Source of the DNA: Spirochaetales bacterium
GTDB lineage: Bacteria > Spirochaetota > Spirochaetia > UBA9216
Assembly (NCBI GenBank): GCA_003245835.1
Contig: QKCC01000275.1
Span: 364-64,363, forward strand
DNA: 64,000 bases
Reading direction: 5' to 3'
Below are positions 25,857 through 34,891 of this stretch, piece after piece. Every line of letters starts with the position of its first letter. The stretch's first letter is position 1. Under the pieces are notes generated by a model. That model worked only from the letters and a program-made list of their open reading frames with translations. It searched no databases and was not told where the DNA came from. A program made the position numbers and the translations under genes.

Positions 25857-27218
25857 CTAAACAACCATGTTGACGGCATTACTCTGCCATTCTGATTCAG
25901 TTACGAGCGGTACGGCTTCTTCCATCGCTTTTACGGCCCTGCCGTTGAGCGCTTTGCCGTCTTTTCGGTTTCCGCCGGCGGAATCATTGCCCTGCCCCTG
26001 AACACTTACCTCGATGCCGCCGTTTTCAAATCCGCCGGTCCCGAAAGCTTTGTACAGATTCTCAAGATTACTCTCGAAAATCTCCCGTACAATATTATTC
26101 TCGACAATTATTCGGCCGGCTATATGATTATCGTTCAGAGAAAGCTGGATTCTTACCTTTCCGAGGCTTTCCGGCTTCATCACAAGCTTAATTTCGCCTG
26201 TTCCGTTCCCCTTTACGACAATACCGGCCTGTTTTACAATCTGGTTGTTGACAGACTCTCTAAGCTGCGAAAGCACAGCCGACTTCATGCTTTTTGCTTC
26301 AGAATGCCCCGAAAGCTCTCTGGACTGTCCTGATGCATTTACATGATTCAGTTCTTTCGTTAAATGATCAGCGGTGTTCTTTGATTCTGCAGTATCATTC
26401 GGAACTGAAAATTTTGCAGTCTTCTCGGTCTCGGAAGAAACCATTTTACGATGGTCGGTAATTCTGAACCGGTCCTGCTTTTTTTCGGCTTTGTCGACAT
26501 TTTTTTTATCTGCCGCACCGGCAGATTTTTCATTTTCCGGGGAGTTTTTAAGTTTACCGGGATCAAAGTTTATGATTTTTACCGAAGGCTTCTCATGGAC
26601 GGTTTTATCACCGGACTGCTTCAACCCGGCTGCGGCTGCAGCAAGTTTTTCCGCAAGGACACTTTTTCCTGATTCCGAACCGGAAAAAGCCTTGACCATC
26701 TCGATAAGACTTTTCTGCTTCTCGACGCCGGGCTTATGCTCATTAATACCCGCTTCAGCAGATACCCTGACGCCAGTCCCGTCTTTGACAATTTGCGCCG
26801 CTGTTTCTTTTTTAACGGCTTTCAGATTGATTTTCGGTGACTTGTCATCCGCCGTCTTCCCGGACTCAACCCGATGCTTTTCATTTTCAGCAGACTTGCT
26901 GTTCTTCGGCTTTTCAGCTGAATCAGCTGCTTTTACCGCAGCTGCGTCGTCATTTCGATAATCTTCATCCTTACCAGTTTTTTTTCTTTGAACTGGTTCA
27001 GATGAAGATACCTCAGGCTTTTCTTTCCCGCTGCGCATTTTCCGGGACTCATCGACGGGAACATTCTCAACAGGCTTCGATTCAGTTTCGGCTACAGCCG
27101 TCTCAAAAACATCATCGAACTTCCTGTTGCTCTCAGCAGCAGTCCCCATATTAGAGATATTCTGCTTGTAACCGCTGCCGCTGTAAATCGGCAGAATTTG
27201 TACAGGTGCTGAGTTCAA
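25857..27218 (-). CDS. fliK: Flagellar hook-length control protein FliK (Tap1/FlbC-like)
   Basis: Low-complexity Lys/Glu/Ser-rich N-terminal two thirds. C-terminal Flg_hook domain (GEIKLVMKPESLGKVRIQLSLNDNHIAGRIIVENNIVREIFESNLENL). Confidence 0.75.
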   Translation of the reverse strand: MNSAPVQILPIYSGSGYKQNISNMGTAAESNRKFDDVFETAVAETESKPVENVPVDESRKMRSGKEKPEVSSSEPVQRKKTGKDEDYRNDDAAAVKAADSAEKPKNSKSAENEKHRVESGKTADDKSPKINLKAVKKETAAQIVKDGTGVRVSAEAGINEHKPGVEKQKSLIEMVKAFSGSESGKSVLAEKLAAAAAGLKQSGDKTVHEKPSVKIINFDPGKLKNSPENEKSAGAADKKNVDKAEKKQDRFRITDHRKMVSSETEKTAKFSVPNDTAESKNTADHLTKELNHVNASGQSRELSGHSEAKSMKSAVLSQLRESVNNQIVKQAGIVVKGNGTGEIKLVMKPESLGKVRIQLSLNDNHIAGRIIVENNIVREIFESNLENLYKAFGTGGFENGGIEVSVQGQGNDSAGGNRKDGKALNGRAVKAMEEAVPLVTESEWQSNAVNMVV

Positions 27219-27238
27219 CCCAACCCTCCAATAGATTA

Positions 27239-27880
27239 TTAACTCTCCGGTTTTTTCAACATTTTCCGGTTAAGAGTCGCGGACCTTTCTGCAGGCATCA
27301 AAGACAGCCAGTAGGCAACCATGGAAGCCTTGCCCTGTTCATCGCTTATCTGCTGATGAGCTCTCATGATATCAATGATATCCTGATCATCCATCTCAAC
27401 AAACATCGCTACAGCGGCTTCCGGAGGCATACCGACAAAATACTCTGCGGCCTGTCTAAGGTTCGTATTTCTATTGTCGTACTCTTTTAGACGATCGTTA
27501 AATGATTTTTCCTGTTCTTGAAAAGCTGTTTCTTTTTCAGACATCGAATCCAGCATCTGCTGCAGTTCAGCTTCCTTGGAAGCGATTTCGGCCTCGCGTA
27601 CATCGAGTTCGGCTTCACGCATATCAAGCGATTCTTCACGCTTGTTTAGTCTCTCTTTTTCGAGCAGATTCATATCTTCAACATTTTCAACAGCTTCGGG
27701 AAGTCCGAATTCGAAACCCAGACGTTTTGCGACCGGTGTGACAATCGGCTGAATTGCCTGCTTCACATTTACCAGTCCGAGATAATCAAACCAGACAAGC
27801 CCGCCCAACAGCAGAATGAGTATTACTAAAATCAGGGCAAAGACCCTCGCCCCGGATCTGACAGCAGATATTCGTGCCAA
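27239..27880 (-). CDS. flbB: FlbB/YlxF-type (MotE/MgtE_N-like) flagellar protein
   Basis: N-terminal TM helix, a coiled coil, and a C-terminal PEAAVAMFVEMDDQDIIDIMRA motif. It sits between fliJ and fliK, as FlbB does in Borrelia and ylxF does in Bacillus. Confidence 0.6.
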   Translation of the reverse strand: MARISAVRSGARVFALILVILILLLGGLVWFDYLGLVNVKQAIQPIVTPVAKRLGFEFGLPEAVENVEDMNLLEKERLNKREESLDMREAELDVREAEIASKEAELQQMLDSMSEKETAFQEQEKSFNDRLKEYDNRNTNLRQAAEYFVGMPPEAAVAMFVEMDDQDIIDIMRAHQQISDEQGKASMVAYWLSLMPAERSATLNRKMLKKPES

Positions 27881-27889
27881 AACTTCCTC

Positions 27890-28330
27890 CTATAAAATCA
27901 TCCGGTTTGCGGCCCGACCGTTGTTTATTTCATCAATCAGATTATGCTCAATTTTCAGCTGTTCTTTATAATATTCAGCTTCACGTTTTTCCTTCAGCTT
28001 TGTAAGAACCTTCCGCCTTTTTGAAACCTCAAGAAAACCTGAACGTACTTCATCTCTCTTCTTTTCGGCAAGCGAAAGTTCATCACCCAATTCAATCAGC
28101 TCATATTTCATTCTTCGCTTGTACATTTCCATTGCCAGCAGCTCACCTTCGCGGCCGTCCAGCCGTCCCCTTGTAGTCAGCACCCTGTCTATTTCGGAGG
28201 TTCGCCTGCCGATCTCGCCTTCGATACGCACACATTCCGAAACTGCCTGGCCAAGTTTGATTTCCCAGTCGCGTTCTTCATGTTCCCTGAGTTTCAGAAG
28301 CCTTTCGAGGTTAAATTTAAATCTGCGCAT
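27890..28330 (-). CDS. fliJ: Flagellar export chaperone FliJ
   Basis: 146-aa all-helical protein (FKFNLERLLKLREHEE...), with a 1-nt overlap with the fliI stop. Confidence 0.7.
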   Translation of the reverse strand: MRRFKFNLERLLKLREHEERDWEIKLGQAVSECVRIEGEIGRRTSEIDRVLTTRGRLDGREGELLAMEMYKRRMKYELIELGDELSLAEKKRDEVRSGFLEVSKRRKVLTKLKEKREAEYYKEQLKIEHNLIDEINNGRAANRMIL

Positions 28331-29688
28331 TATGTTTCAACCCCTGTTTTTTCGGCTTCGGCAGAGGCGGCTTCAATCGGCATTTCTACAATTCCTGAGG
28401 CGGCTTCGAGCGTCAGGCTCAGCGGGGCCGGATCATCAACCTCCTGGCGAAGAAACAGGTTCATCATATCGATTCTGCGTATTGCCTCGTCAATTTCGGA
28501 ATTGCTTCCCTTCGCATAGGCTCCAACGTTTATAAGGTCCTCCGCCTCGGTGTATGCGGACAGCAATCTTCTGAATTTTCCGGCTGCGCGCTGCTCATCC
28601 CTTTCAGTAACAACTGTTGCGAGCCGCGAAAGCGAGTTAAGAACATCGATTGCCGGGTAGTGATACCTCTGTGCAAGCTTGCGGTCAAGAATTATATGGC
28701 CGTCGAGAATACCTCTGACGTTGTCGGAGATCGGCTCGTCCATATCATCACCCTCGACGAGGATTGTATAAAATCCGGTTATGGTACCCTTGTCATTCGT
28801 ACCGCAGCGTTCAAGCAGCTTCGGGAGTTTTTCAAATACTGATGGAGGAAATCCCCTGTTCGCCGGAGGTTCGCCGGAGGCGAGACCGATTTCACGCTGA
28901 GCGCGCGCAAACCGGGTAATCGAATCGAACAGCAGCATTACGTCCTTGCCCTGATCCCTGAAATATTCCGCGACAGCAGTGGCCACGTAAGCACCCCTGA
29001 GACGCGCGAGAGGTGGTGTATCAGACGTCGAAACGATAATAACGGACTTTTTCATGCCTTCGGGGCCAAGATCGCGCTCGATGAATTCACGGACCTCGCG
29101 TCCGCGCTCGCCGATCAGCGCAATAACGTTCACATCGGCCTCTGTATTTCGGGCAATCATGCCGAGCAGCGTGGATTTTCCGACTCCGCTGCCCGAAAAA
29201 ATGCCGAGCCGCTGCCCTTTGCCTGCGGGCGACAAAAAATCAATCGCGCGGACACCGGTGGTGATTCTTTCCCGGATTACTTCTCGTTTAAGTGCACCCG
29301 GAGACGGTGCGTTTACGGGATACCAGTCATCCGCGCCGTAGGACCCGAGTTCATCGTAAGGCCTGCCGAGACTGTCGATGACCCTGCCGAGCATTCTTTT
29401 CGACACGGGGATTTCAAGCTGTTTTCCGGAGGCAACAACAACACAGCCTGGCTCAATTCCGTCTATCTCACCGTAGGGCATCAGCTGGACTGTATTATCC
29501 CGGAAACCGACTACCTCGGATTTGACGGGCTCGTCAGCTCCGGGGATCAGTATCTGGCATACCTCGCCTAGAACTACCTGCGGACCGCTGCTTTCAATCA
29601 GAAGTCCCATTACCCTTGTGACGACTCCGGTATACTTAATCGGATCAGTCCTAACGAGCATCATATTATACTTTTCAAACATTTTCAC
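28330..29688 (-). CDS. fliI: Flagellum-specific ATPase FliI
   Basis: Walker A GSGVGKSTLLGMI, Walker B VMLLFDSITR, and an F1-ATPase beta-like fold. The start is either GTG 29688 or ATG 29682. Confidence 0.95.
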   Translation of the reverse strand: MKMFEKYNMMLVRTDPIKYTGVVTRVMGLLIESSGPQVVLGEVCQILIPGADEPVKSEVVGFRDNTVQLMPYGEIDGIEPGCVVVASGKQLEIPVSKRMLGRVIDSLGRPYDELGSYGADDWYPVNAPSPGALKREVIRERITTGVRAIDFLSPAGKGQRLGIFSGSGVGKSTLLGMIARNTEADVNVIALIGERGREVREFIERDLGPEGMKKSVIIVSTSDTPPLARLRGAYVATAVAEYFRDQGKDVMLLFDSITRFARAQREIGLASGEPPANRGFPPSVFEKLPKLLERCGTNDKGTITGFYTILVEGDDMDEPISDNVRGILDGHIILDRKLAQRYHYPAIDVLNSLSRLATVVTERDEQRAAGKFRRLLSAYTEAEDLINVGAYAKGSNSEIDEAIRRIDMMNLFLRQEVDDPAPLSLTLEAASGIVEMPIEAASAEAEKTGVET

Positions 29689-29785
29689 TTTCTTCCCCTC
29701 CCCGTCAGAAAATGATTATGGGCTGTGAACTTCACACCCCTGTTTATCGAAGACTGAAAAATCGGCCATTTTGGCTTTTATCCGC

Positions 29786-29824
29786 GGTAGTTTTAATTTT
29801 TCTGCAAAAAATTAAAACTACCGG
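29786..29824 (-). repeat. Perfect 17-bp AT-rich inverted repeat (hairpin) in the fliH-fliI spacer
   Basis: cggtagttttaattttt (29786-29802) pairs with aaaaattaaaactaccg (29808-29824) across a 5-nt loop. Confidence 0.8.
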
Positions 29825-29846
29825 GAAGAACAAAAAGTACAGCTTA

Positions 29847-30755
29847 TTATTCTTCTCCGCCTGCTTTTATAGGTACGAGTTCAAGGATCTTTTCCTCAAT
29901 CTCTTTGAACTGCGACGATATCCGTGCATCGATTCTGCCGAAATCTGTTTCGATAATACATCCTCCGCGGTCTACGGATGAATCTTCCATTACAGTAATT
30001 GAACGTACGTTTTCAACCATACGCATAAAATCCTTTACATGATCGCTTGTCAGCTTCACATCCTCAAGGTTAACCCGTATTACAACATCTCCGCGGCTCT
30101 TCAGTTTACGCAGCGCCTGGATGACGTTATTGATTACAACGTTCTTCTGGTTCTCGGAAATTACCTTTACAATTTTCTGACTGATCATAAGTACAAGATC
30201 AATTATCTGTGTTTCTGACTGGTCGATAATCTGGTTGCGTTTCTCGATGGCTTTCGAAATAATGGTACGCAGGTGTTCTATAAGACGCTCCGATTCATCT
30301 TTTCCCTCAAGAAAGCCTTCTTCCCGGCCTGCTGTATAACCTTCCTTCCTCGAAGCCGCGATAAGATCATCAACCTGCTTCCGGGCGTCCTCAATCAGTG
30401 CATCAGCCTGCTTCTGCGCATTTTCCAGAAGATCAGCAGCCTCATCCTCTGCAGCTCTCCTGATACTTTGGGCTTCATCATTTTTCTCTTTGACCTGGTT
30501 AAAAGCAGACTGCTCGGCTGTCTGTATAATCCGGTCTGCCTCCGCACGGGCCTGAGAAATCATCATTTCCTTATCTGCTTCCCAGCTCACGCGGAAAGCC
30601 TCTGCTTCCCGACGCAGATCATCTGCCGTAGGACCCGTGTATTCTTCTGCAGGAAGAATCACCTCAGGCTCGGGGACCTTCTCAAACGGCGATTTGAGTT
30701 CGACCTGTTTGGTAAGAGCTACAATCTCAGCCGGCTTGAAAACATTCTTTGCCAA
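29847..30755 (-). CDS. fliH: Flagellar assembly protein FliH
   Basis: Charged coiled-coil N-terminal half and a C-terminal GGCIIETDFGRIDARISSQFKEIEEKI motif. It lies between fliG and fliI. Confidence 0.8.
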   Translation of the reverse strand: MAKNVFKPAEIVALTKQVELKSPFEKVPEPEVILPAEEYTGPTADDLRREAEAFRVSWEADKEMMISQARAEADRIIQTAEQSAFNQVKEKNDEAQSIRRAAEDEAADLLENAQKQADALIEDARKQVDDLIAASRKEGYTAGREEGFLEGKDESERLIEHLRTIISKAIEKRNQIIDQSETQIIDLVLMISQKIVKVISENQKNVVINNVIQALRKLKSRGDVVIRVNLEDVKLTSDHVKDFMRMVENVRSITVMEDSSVDRGGCIIETDFGRIDARISSQFKEIEEKILELVPIKAGGEE

Positions 30756-30768
30756 AATCCAACCTCCG

Positions 30769-31821
30769 TTATACTACCATCTCGTCTTCACCTGAGCGTG
30801 CAACAACAATCTCACCCTGGTCTTCAAGCTTTCTGATTATCGAAACGATCTTCTGCTGGGTCTCTTCAACATCCTTCAGCCGGACAGGACCCATGTAGTC
30901 CATTTCTTCCTTAAGCAGCTGCGAGGCGCGTTTGGACATATTTCTGAAAATCTTGTCCTGGACCTCCGCTTCAACACCCCTGAGTGCCTTTCCAAGCTCG
31001 CTTGTATCGACCTCACGGAGAACTTTCTGGATCGCGCGGTCGTCAAGCAGAACGATATCTTCGAATACAAACATTCTCTTCTTGATTTCTTCGGCAAGCT
31101 CGGGATCATCTTCCTCGAGTGCTTCAATTATGATCTTTTCTGTAGAACGGTCTACAAGGTTCAGGATCTCGACGATGTTCTCGACACCTCCCGCCGCGGT
31201 GTAGTCTTCAGAAGACAGCGTGGAAAGCTTTTTCTCCAGTACCCTCTCAACTTCGCGAAGAACTTCCGGCGAGGTACGGTCCATAGTCGCGATACGCCTT
31301 GCTACATCAGACTGAACCTCATGAGGAAGCGCTCCGAGAATAACCGAGGCCTTCTGCGGTTCGAGGTATGCGAGTATCAGGGCTATCGTCTGCGGATGTT
31401 CCTGCTGTATGAAGTTCAGCAGGTGCGCCGGGTCGGTACGCCTTATAAAATCGAACGGCCTGACCTGAAGCGAACTCGTCAGCCTGTTGATTATATCTAC
31501 AGCCTTCTGGGAACCCAGAGATTTTTCAAGCAGTTCACGGGCGTATTCAATACCTCCCGATGTTATGAAGTCCTGGGCCATCATCAGCTCTTTGAACTCC
31601 ATCAGTACCTTGTCGCGCTCTTCGGATTCTACGCTGTCAAGGCGGGCGATCTCGAATGTAAGGGCCTCAATTTCATCATCCCTGAGGTGTTTGAATATCT
31701 CTGAGGATATCTCGGATCCGAGTGTTACAAGGAATATGGCCGCTTTCTGCCTTCCGGTGAGATCCTTTTTTAATTTACCGCTTTTCCCGCCGCCTGCGAC
31801 GGGACTTTGTGTTTTAGCCAT
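30769..31821 (-). CDS. fliG: Flagellar motor switch protein FliG
   Basis: I moved the start to the ATG at 31821, which follows the SD GGAGGA. It has a FliG middle and C-terminal domains (EVLREVERVLEKKL, MFVFEDIVLLDDRAIQKVLREVD). Confidence 0.95.
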   Translation of the reverse strand: MAKTQSPVAGGGKSGKLKKDLTGRQKAAIFLVTLGSEISSEIFKHLRDDEIEALTFEIARLDSVESEERDKVLMEFKELMMAQDFITSGGIEYARELLEKSLGSQKAVDIINRLTSSLQVRPFDFIRRTDPAHLLNFIQQEHPQTIALILAYLEPQKASVILGALPHEVQSDVARRIATMDRTSPEVLREVERVLEKKLSTLSSEDYTAAGGVENIVEILNLVDRSTEKIIIEALEEDDPELAEEIKKRMFVFEDIVLLDDRAIQKVLREVDTSELGKALRGVEAEVQDKIFRNMSKRASQLLKEEMDYMGPVRLKDVEETQQKIVSIIRKLEDQGEIVVARSGEDEMVV

Positions 31822-31825
31822 ATTC

Positions 31826-33535
31826 CTATTCCTCCACAAGCCATGTTCTGATCAGCTGGGCCACATCTTCCGGATGCTCCCTCGCCATCATCATGGCATG
31901 CTCCTGCATTTCCATTCTCGCACGGTCCTCAACGGACATTTCGACATCCATGCTTTCTTCCTCGGCGGACCTCAGAGCGGCTTCACGCATTGCCTGGTGC
32001 TGCCTTGCAAGCTCTTCCTCACGCAGACGCCTTCTGCGCTCGAGTTCTCTTGATATAAACCGGAAGATTATAAATGCTGCAATAATTATTGCTATACCGA
32101 TAACCGAATAGATTATTGCCTGCTGCAGGCGTTTCTGGTTGCGGTATTTCTGGTCTTCACGCTCGAACTGGGCTGACCTGTCGAATGCCAGATGCTGAAC
32201 CGTAACCGAATCACCCCGAAGCTGATCATAACCTATTGAGTGCTCGATCAGGGTTCTTGCTTTCTGAAGATCAGAATCGCTAATCTCTTTATACTGACGC
32301 TGAATCGAGCCCTCAGGCGTTATTGAAAGCGTACCCTTGTCGGTATAAACCCTCGACCATATTCCATCAATGGCGACACCGACGGTTATCCGCTGGATTG
32401 CCCAGGGGTTCTTCTCTTCGTATATTTTACGTTCGTTTACTTCATAATTAATAGTGTTCGAATTGTTTTTATACTCTCCGACAAGACCTTCGAGGTCCTT
32501 GTAAGCCGGAGGAGTCTGCCCCTCTGTTCCCGGGGGACCTTCGGGATTAAACCCGGTGCCCTTGTAGCTTTCATCGACGATCTGCTCGGACCTAGGAACG
32601 TTCTTTATTACTTCCGTTTCATCGAAAGGCGTATTCGGGTTGTCGGATTTCAGAGTGATAGGAAAAAACTCATCGGTTTCAACCGTCTTCTTGCCCATAT
32701 CAAGCTGTACATCGACCCTCAGAATCCTGACTCTGTCCGGACCGAATATAGCTTTTAGTTCGTTCAGTATTTCGCTCTTGTACTTTGCTTCAAGCTTGGA
32801 CTTCTGATCCATCTGACGCTTGGTGAGCTCGAGCCGATCGAATTCCGCAAGGTCTTCAAAATCGTTAAGCACCGTTCCGCGGTAGTCCGTTATTACAATA
32901 TTCTCGGCCTTCAGCCCCTGCACTGCGAACATCACAAGCTTCTCGATTCCTTCAATCTTGCTTCTGCTGGTGATTATGTCGCTGCCCGGTCTCGGGGTGA
33001 TGATTACAGAAGCGGTTACCGGATCCTGGTCCTCTGCGAAGAGTTCTGTCTCCGGCATTACGAGTGTAACCTTCGCGCTGTCTACATCCTCGAGCGCCTC
33101 TATATGCTGCTCGAGGCTCTCGGTTACGGCCCTCTGCAGGTTAACTTCCCGCTCGAAATCCGTTACAGTCCAGCGATCCATCTTGAAAGCATCCCAAACG
33201 GAGATCTCGGAGGGAATCAGATCTTCACGCATGAGTATCGAAATCATCCTCTGGGCGGTGGCTTTGTCATCTACATAGATCATTCCGCCTTCCGTCGTAC
33301 GATGATTAACGTTCTCTTCATCGAGTCTCAATGATATTTTATAAAGAGTATCCTGATCTGTTACCGGCGATGTGAACAGCGCCACCTGGTTAGGGGTTGA
33401 ACTTACCGTCGAAACGATGATTATCCCCGCAATAATAACGACCGCAATTCCGATCAGAACTATCTTCTGCAGGAGCGAGATCTTGCCCCAGGCCGTCCTG
33501 ATCCTTTCGATCATTTTTTTAAACCATTCGTTCAT
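31826..33535 (-). CDS. fliF: Flagellar MS-ring protein FliF
   Basis: I moved the start to the ATG at 33535, which follows the SD GGGAGGGG. It has an N-terminal TM helix, a periplasmic core, and a second TM helix (AIIYSVIGIAIIIAAFIIF). Confidence 0.95.
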   Translation of the reverse strand: MNEWFKKMIERIRTAWGKISLLQKIVLIGIAVVIIAGIIIVSTVSSTPNQVALFTSPVTDQDTLYKISLRLDEENVNHRTTEGGMIYVDDKATAQRMISILMREDLIPSEISVWDAFKMDRWTVTDFEREVNLQRAVTESLEQHIEALEDVDSAKVTLVMPETELFAEDQDPVTASVIITPRPGSDIITSRSKIEGIEKLVMFAVQGLKAENIVITDYRGTVLNDFEDLAEFDRLELTKRQMDQKSKLEAKYKSEILNELKAIFGPDRVRILRVDVQLDMGKKTVETDEFFPITLKSDNPNTPFDETEVIKNVPRSEQIVDESYKGTGFNPEGPPGTEGQTPPAYKDLEGLVGEYKNNSNTINYEVNERKIYEEKNPWAIQRITVGVAIDGIWSRVYTDKGTLSITPEGSIQRQYKEISDSDLQKARTLIEHSIGYDQLRGDSVTVQHLAFDRSAQFEREDQKYRNQKRLQQAIIYSVIGIAIIIAAFIIFRFISRELERRRRLREEELARQHQAMREAALRSAEEESMDVEMSVEDRARMEMQEHAMMMAREHPEDVAQLIRTWLVEE

Positions 33536-33592
33536 TTCCCCTCCCATTGAAAAAGAACCTGGATTTTTCTAGTTAAACTAAGCTGTTTCTTT

Positions 33593-33925
33593 TTATCTTA
33601 TATTAATTATATTGTTATACGCTTTAAGCGCTCCGTCAACCACTGCTTTGGTTATTTCTATAGACATATTCGCTTTACTCATTGCAATTGTAACATCATG
33701 AGCATCCACACTCTCGGGATCAGTAATATAAGCCTGAGTTATGTCGCTTAAATCATTCTGCAGTTTGTTTGTTTCACCGAGTGCATTTTTCAGTGCATTC
33801 GTGAATTCTTCAGCGGGCGTCTGATCGCCTTTTGCCGTTCCCTGAAATCCGAAATGGTTTTTGTGGGTAGCTTTTAACAGCACCTGATCTCCTGAAACCT
33901 GTGCCGGCCCGAATAATCCGCTCAT
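33593..33925 (-). CDS. fliE: Flagellar hook-basal body protein FliE
   Basis: 110 aa with C-terminal VTIAMSKANMSIEITKAVVDGALKAYNNIINI, typical of FliE. Confidence 0.9.
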   Translation of the reverse strand: MSGLFGPAQVSGDQVLLKATHKNHFGFQGTAKGDQTPAEEFTNALKNALGETNKLQNDLSDITQAYITDPESVDAHDVTIAMSKANMSIEITKAVVDGALKAYNNIINIR

Positions 33926-33928
33926 CTA

Positions 33929-34390
33929 TTATCTCCTTCCAATTTCAAGGGCTTTGAGAAACATTGACTTGGATCCCTCGACTACCGACACATTTGCTTC
34001 ATATGCGCGGGAAGCGGAGATCATATCAACCATTTCATCCACTATATTCACATTCGGCATCTCAACATAACCGGCTTTCGGACCGGTTTTGATTGCATCC
34101 GGATGCGTAGGATCATAGACAAGCCGCAATTCGGAGTCCATATCCTTTTCGATTTTTACAACTTCAACGCCTTTTCCAACCTGGTTCTGCAGTTTTTCAG
34201 GAAGAAAGGGGCTTCTCCAGTACGGCTGTGAAACCTCAGGCTTGAAGATTACCCTGCTGCGGCGGAACGCGCCGCCTTCAGGAGTCCGTGTTGTTTCAGC
34301 GTTTGCAATATTATCAGAAATAACATCCAGCCTCATCCGCTGGGCGCTCATTCCTGATGCAGCTGTATTAATGCTTGTAAAAAGTCCCAT
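33929..34390 (-). CDS. flgC: Flagellar proximal rod protein FlgC
   Basis: MRLDVISDNIANAETTR N-terminus and MISASRAYEANVSV C-terminus. Confidence 0.95.
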   Translation of the reverse strand: MGLFTSINTAASGMSAQRMRLDVISDNIANAETTRTPEGGAFRRSRVIFKPEVSQPYWRSPFLPEKLQNQVGKGVEVVKIEKDMDSELRLVYDPTHPDAIKTGPKAGYVEMPNVNIVDEMVDMISASRAYEANVSVVEGSKSMFLKALEIGRR

Positions 34391-34400
34391 TCACGCCCTC

Positions 34401-34817
34401 CTAGCTCGTAACCTTGGTTATCTGGTAAAACTGGTTCGAAATTGATGTGGTCAGAAGGTTATACTGCAGCTGGTTCTGCATAGCCTGCATCATTTCTTCT
34501 TCCGCATCAACATTGTTGCCGTTATTGTCCGACTGGGTCAGGTAATCAAGAACCTTCCGGGGTTTGACATCCTGCCAGTCCTGAACCTTGTTGAAGGAAA
34601 TATGCTTCGGATTCGTCATGGCCGCTTCCATGCCTGTCTTTTTTTCCGAATCAAGCGCCCTTTTAAGCTCTGCTTCGAAATTTACTACCGAACGTTTGAA
34701 ATTCGGGGTGTCGGCATTCGCAATGTTGTCTGCAATTACAGACCGGCGGTACAGACTCGCGTCCATCGACCGCTGGAGCAATTCCAGGTTCTTTCCAAAA
34801 CTATTATTCAAAAACAT
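34401..34817 (-). CDS. flgB: Flagellar proximal rod protein FlgB
   Basis: RRSVIADNIANADTPNFKR N-terminal rod motif. It is the first gene of the flagellar block. Confidence 0.9.
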   Translation of the reverse strand: MFLNNSFGKNLELLQRSMDASLYRRSVIADNIANADTPNFKRSVVNFEAELKRALDSEKKTGMEAAMTNPKHISFNKVQDWQDVKPRKVLDYLTQSDNNGNNVDAEEEMMQAMQNQLQYNLLTTSISNQFYQITKVTS

Positions 34818-34891
34818 AAATCCTCCCAGATTCTGATTATTACTCTGATCTTCGGTATAAAAATCCGCCGGTTTAGCGGAATCTGCCTTAA

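Noticed and set aside
29724-29736. A CRP/FNR-like site (TGTGA...TCACA).
   Set aside because: The half-sites are separated by 3 nt, not 6, so it is not a CRP-family operator. I retained it only as an unexplained palindrome in the fliH-fliI spacer finding.
29712-29981. An 89-aa plus-strand ORF spanning the fliH-fliI spacer.
   Set aside because: It runs antisense into fliH, contains the hairpin sequence, and has no SD or motif.
34818-34891. A terminator or promoter between hslU and flgB.
   Set aside because: There is only a 5-bp stem (tccgc/gcgga) followed by TTTTTA, and no convincing -35/-10 pair. That is too weak to call, and read-through from hslU is equally likely.
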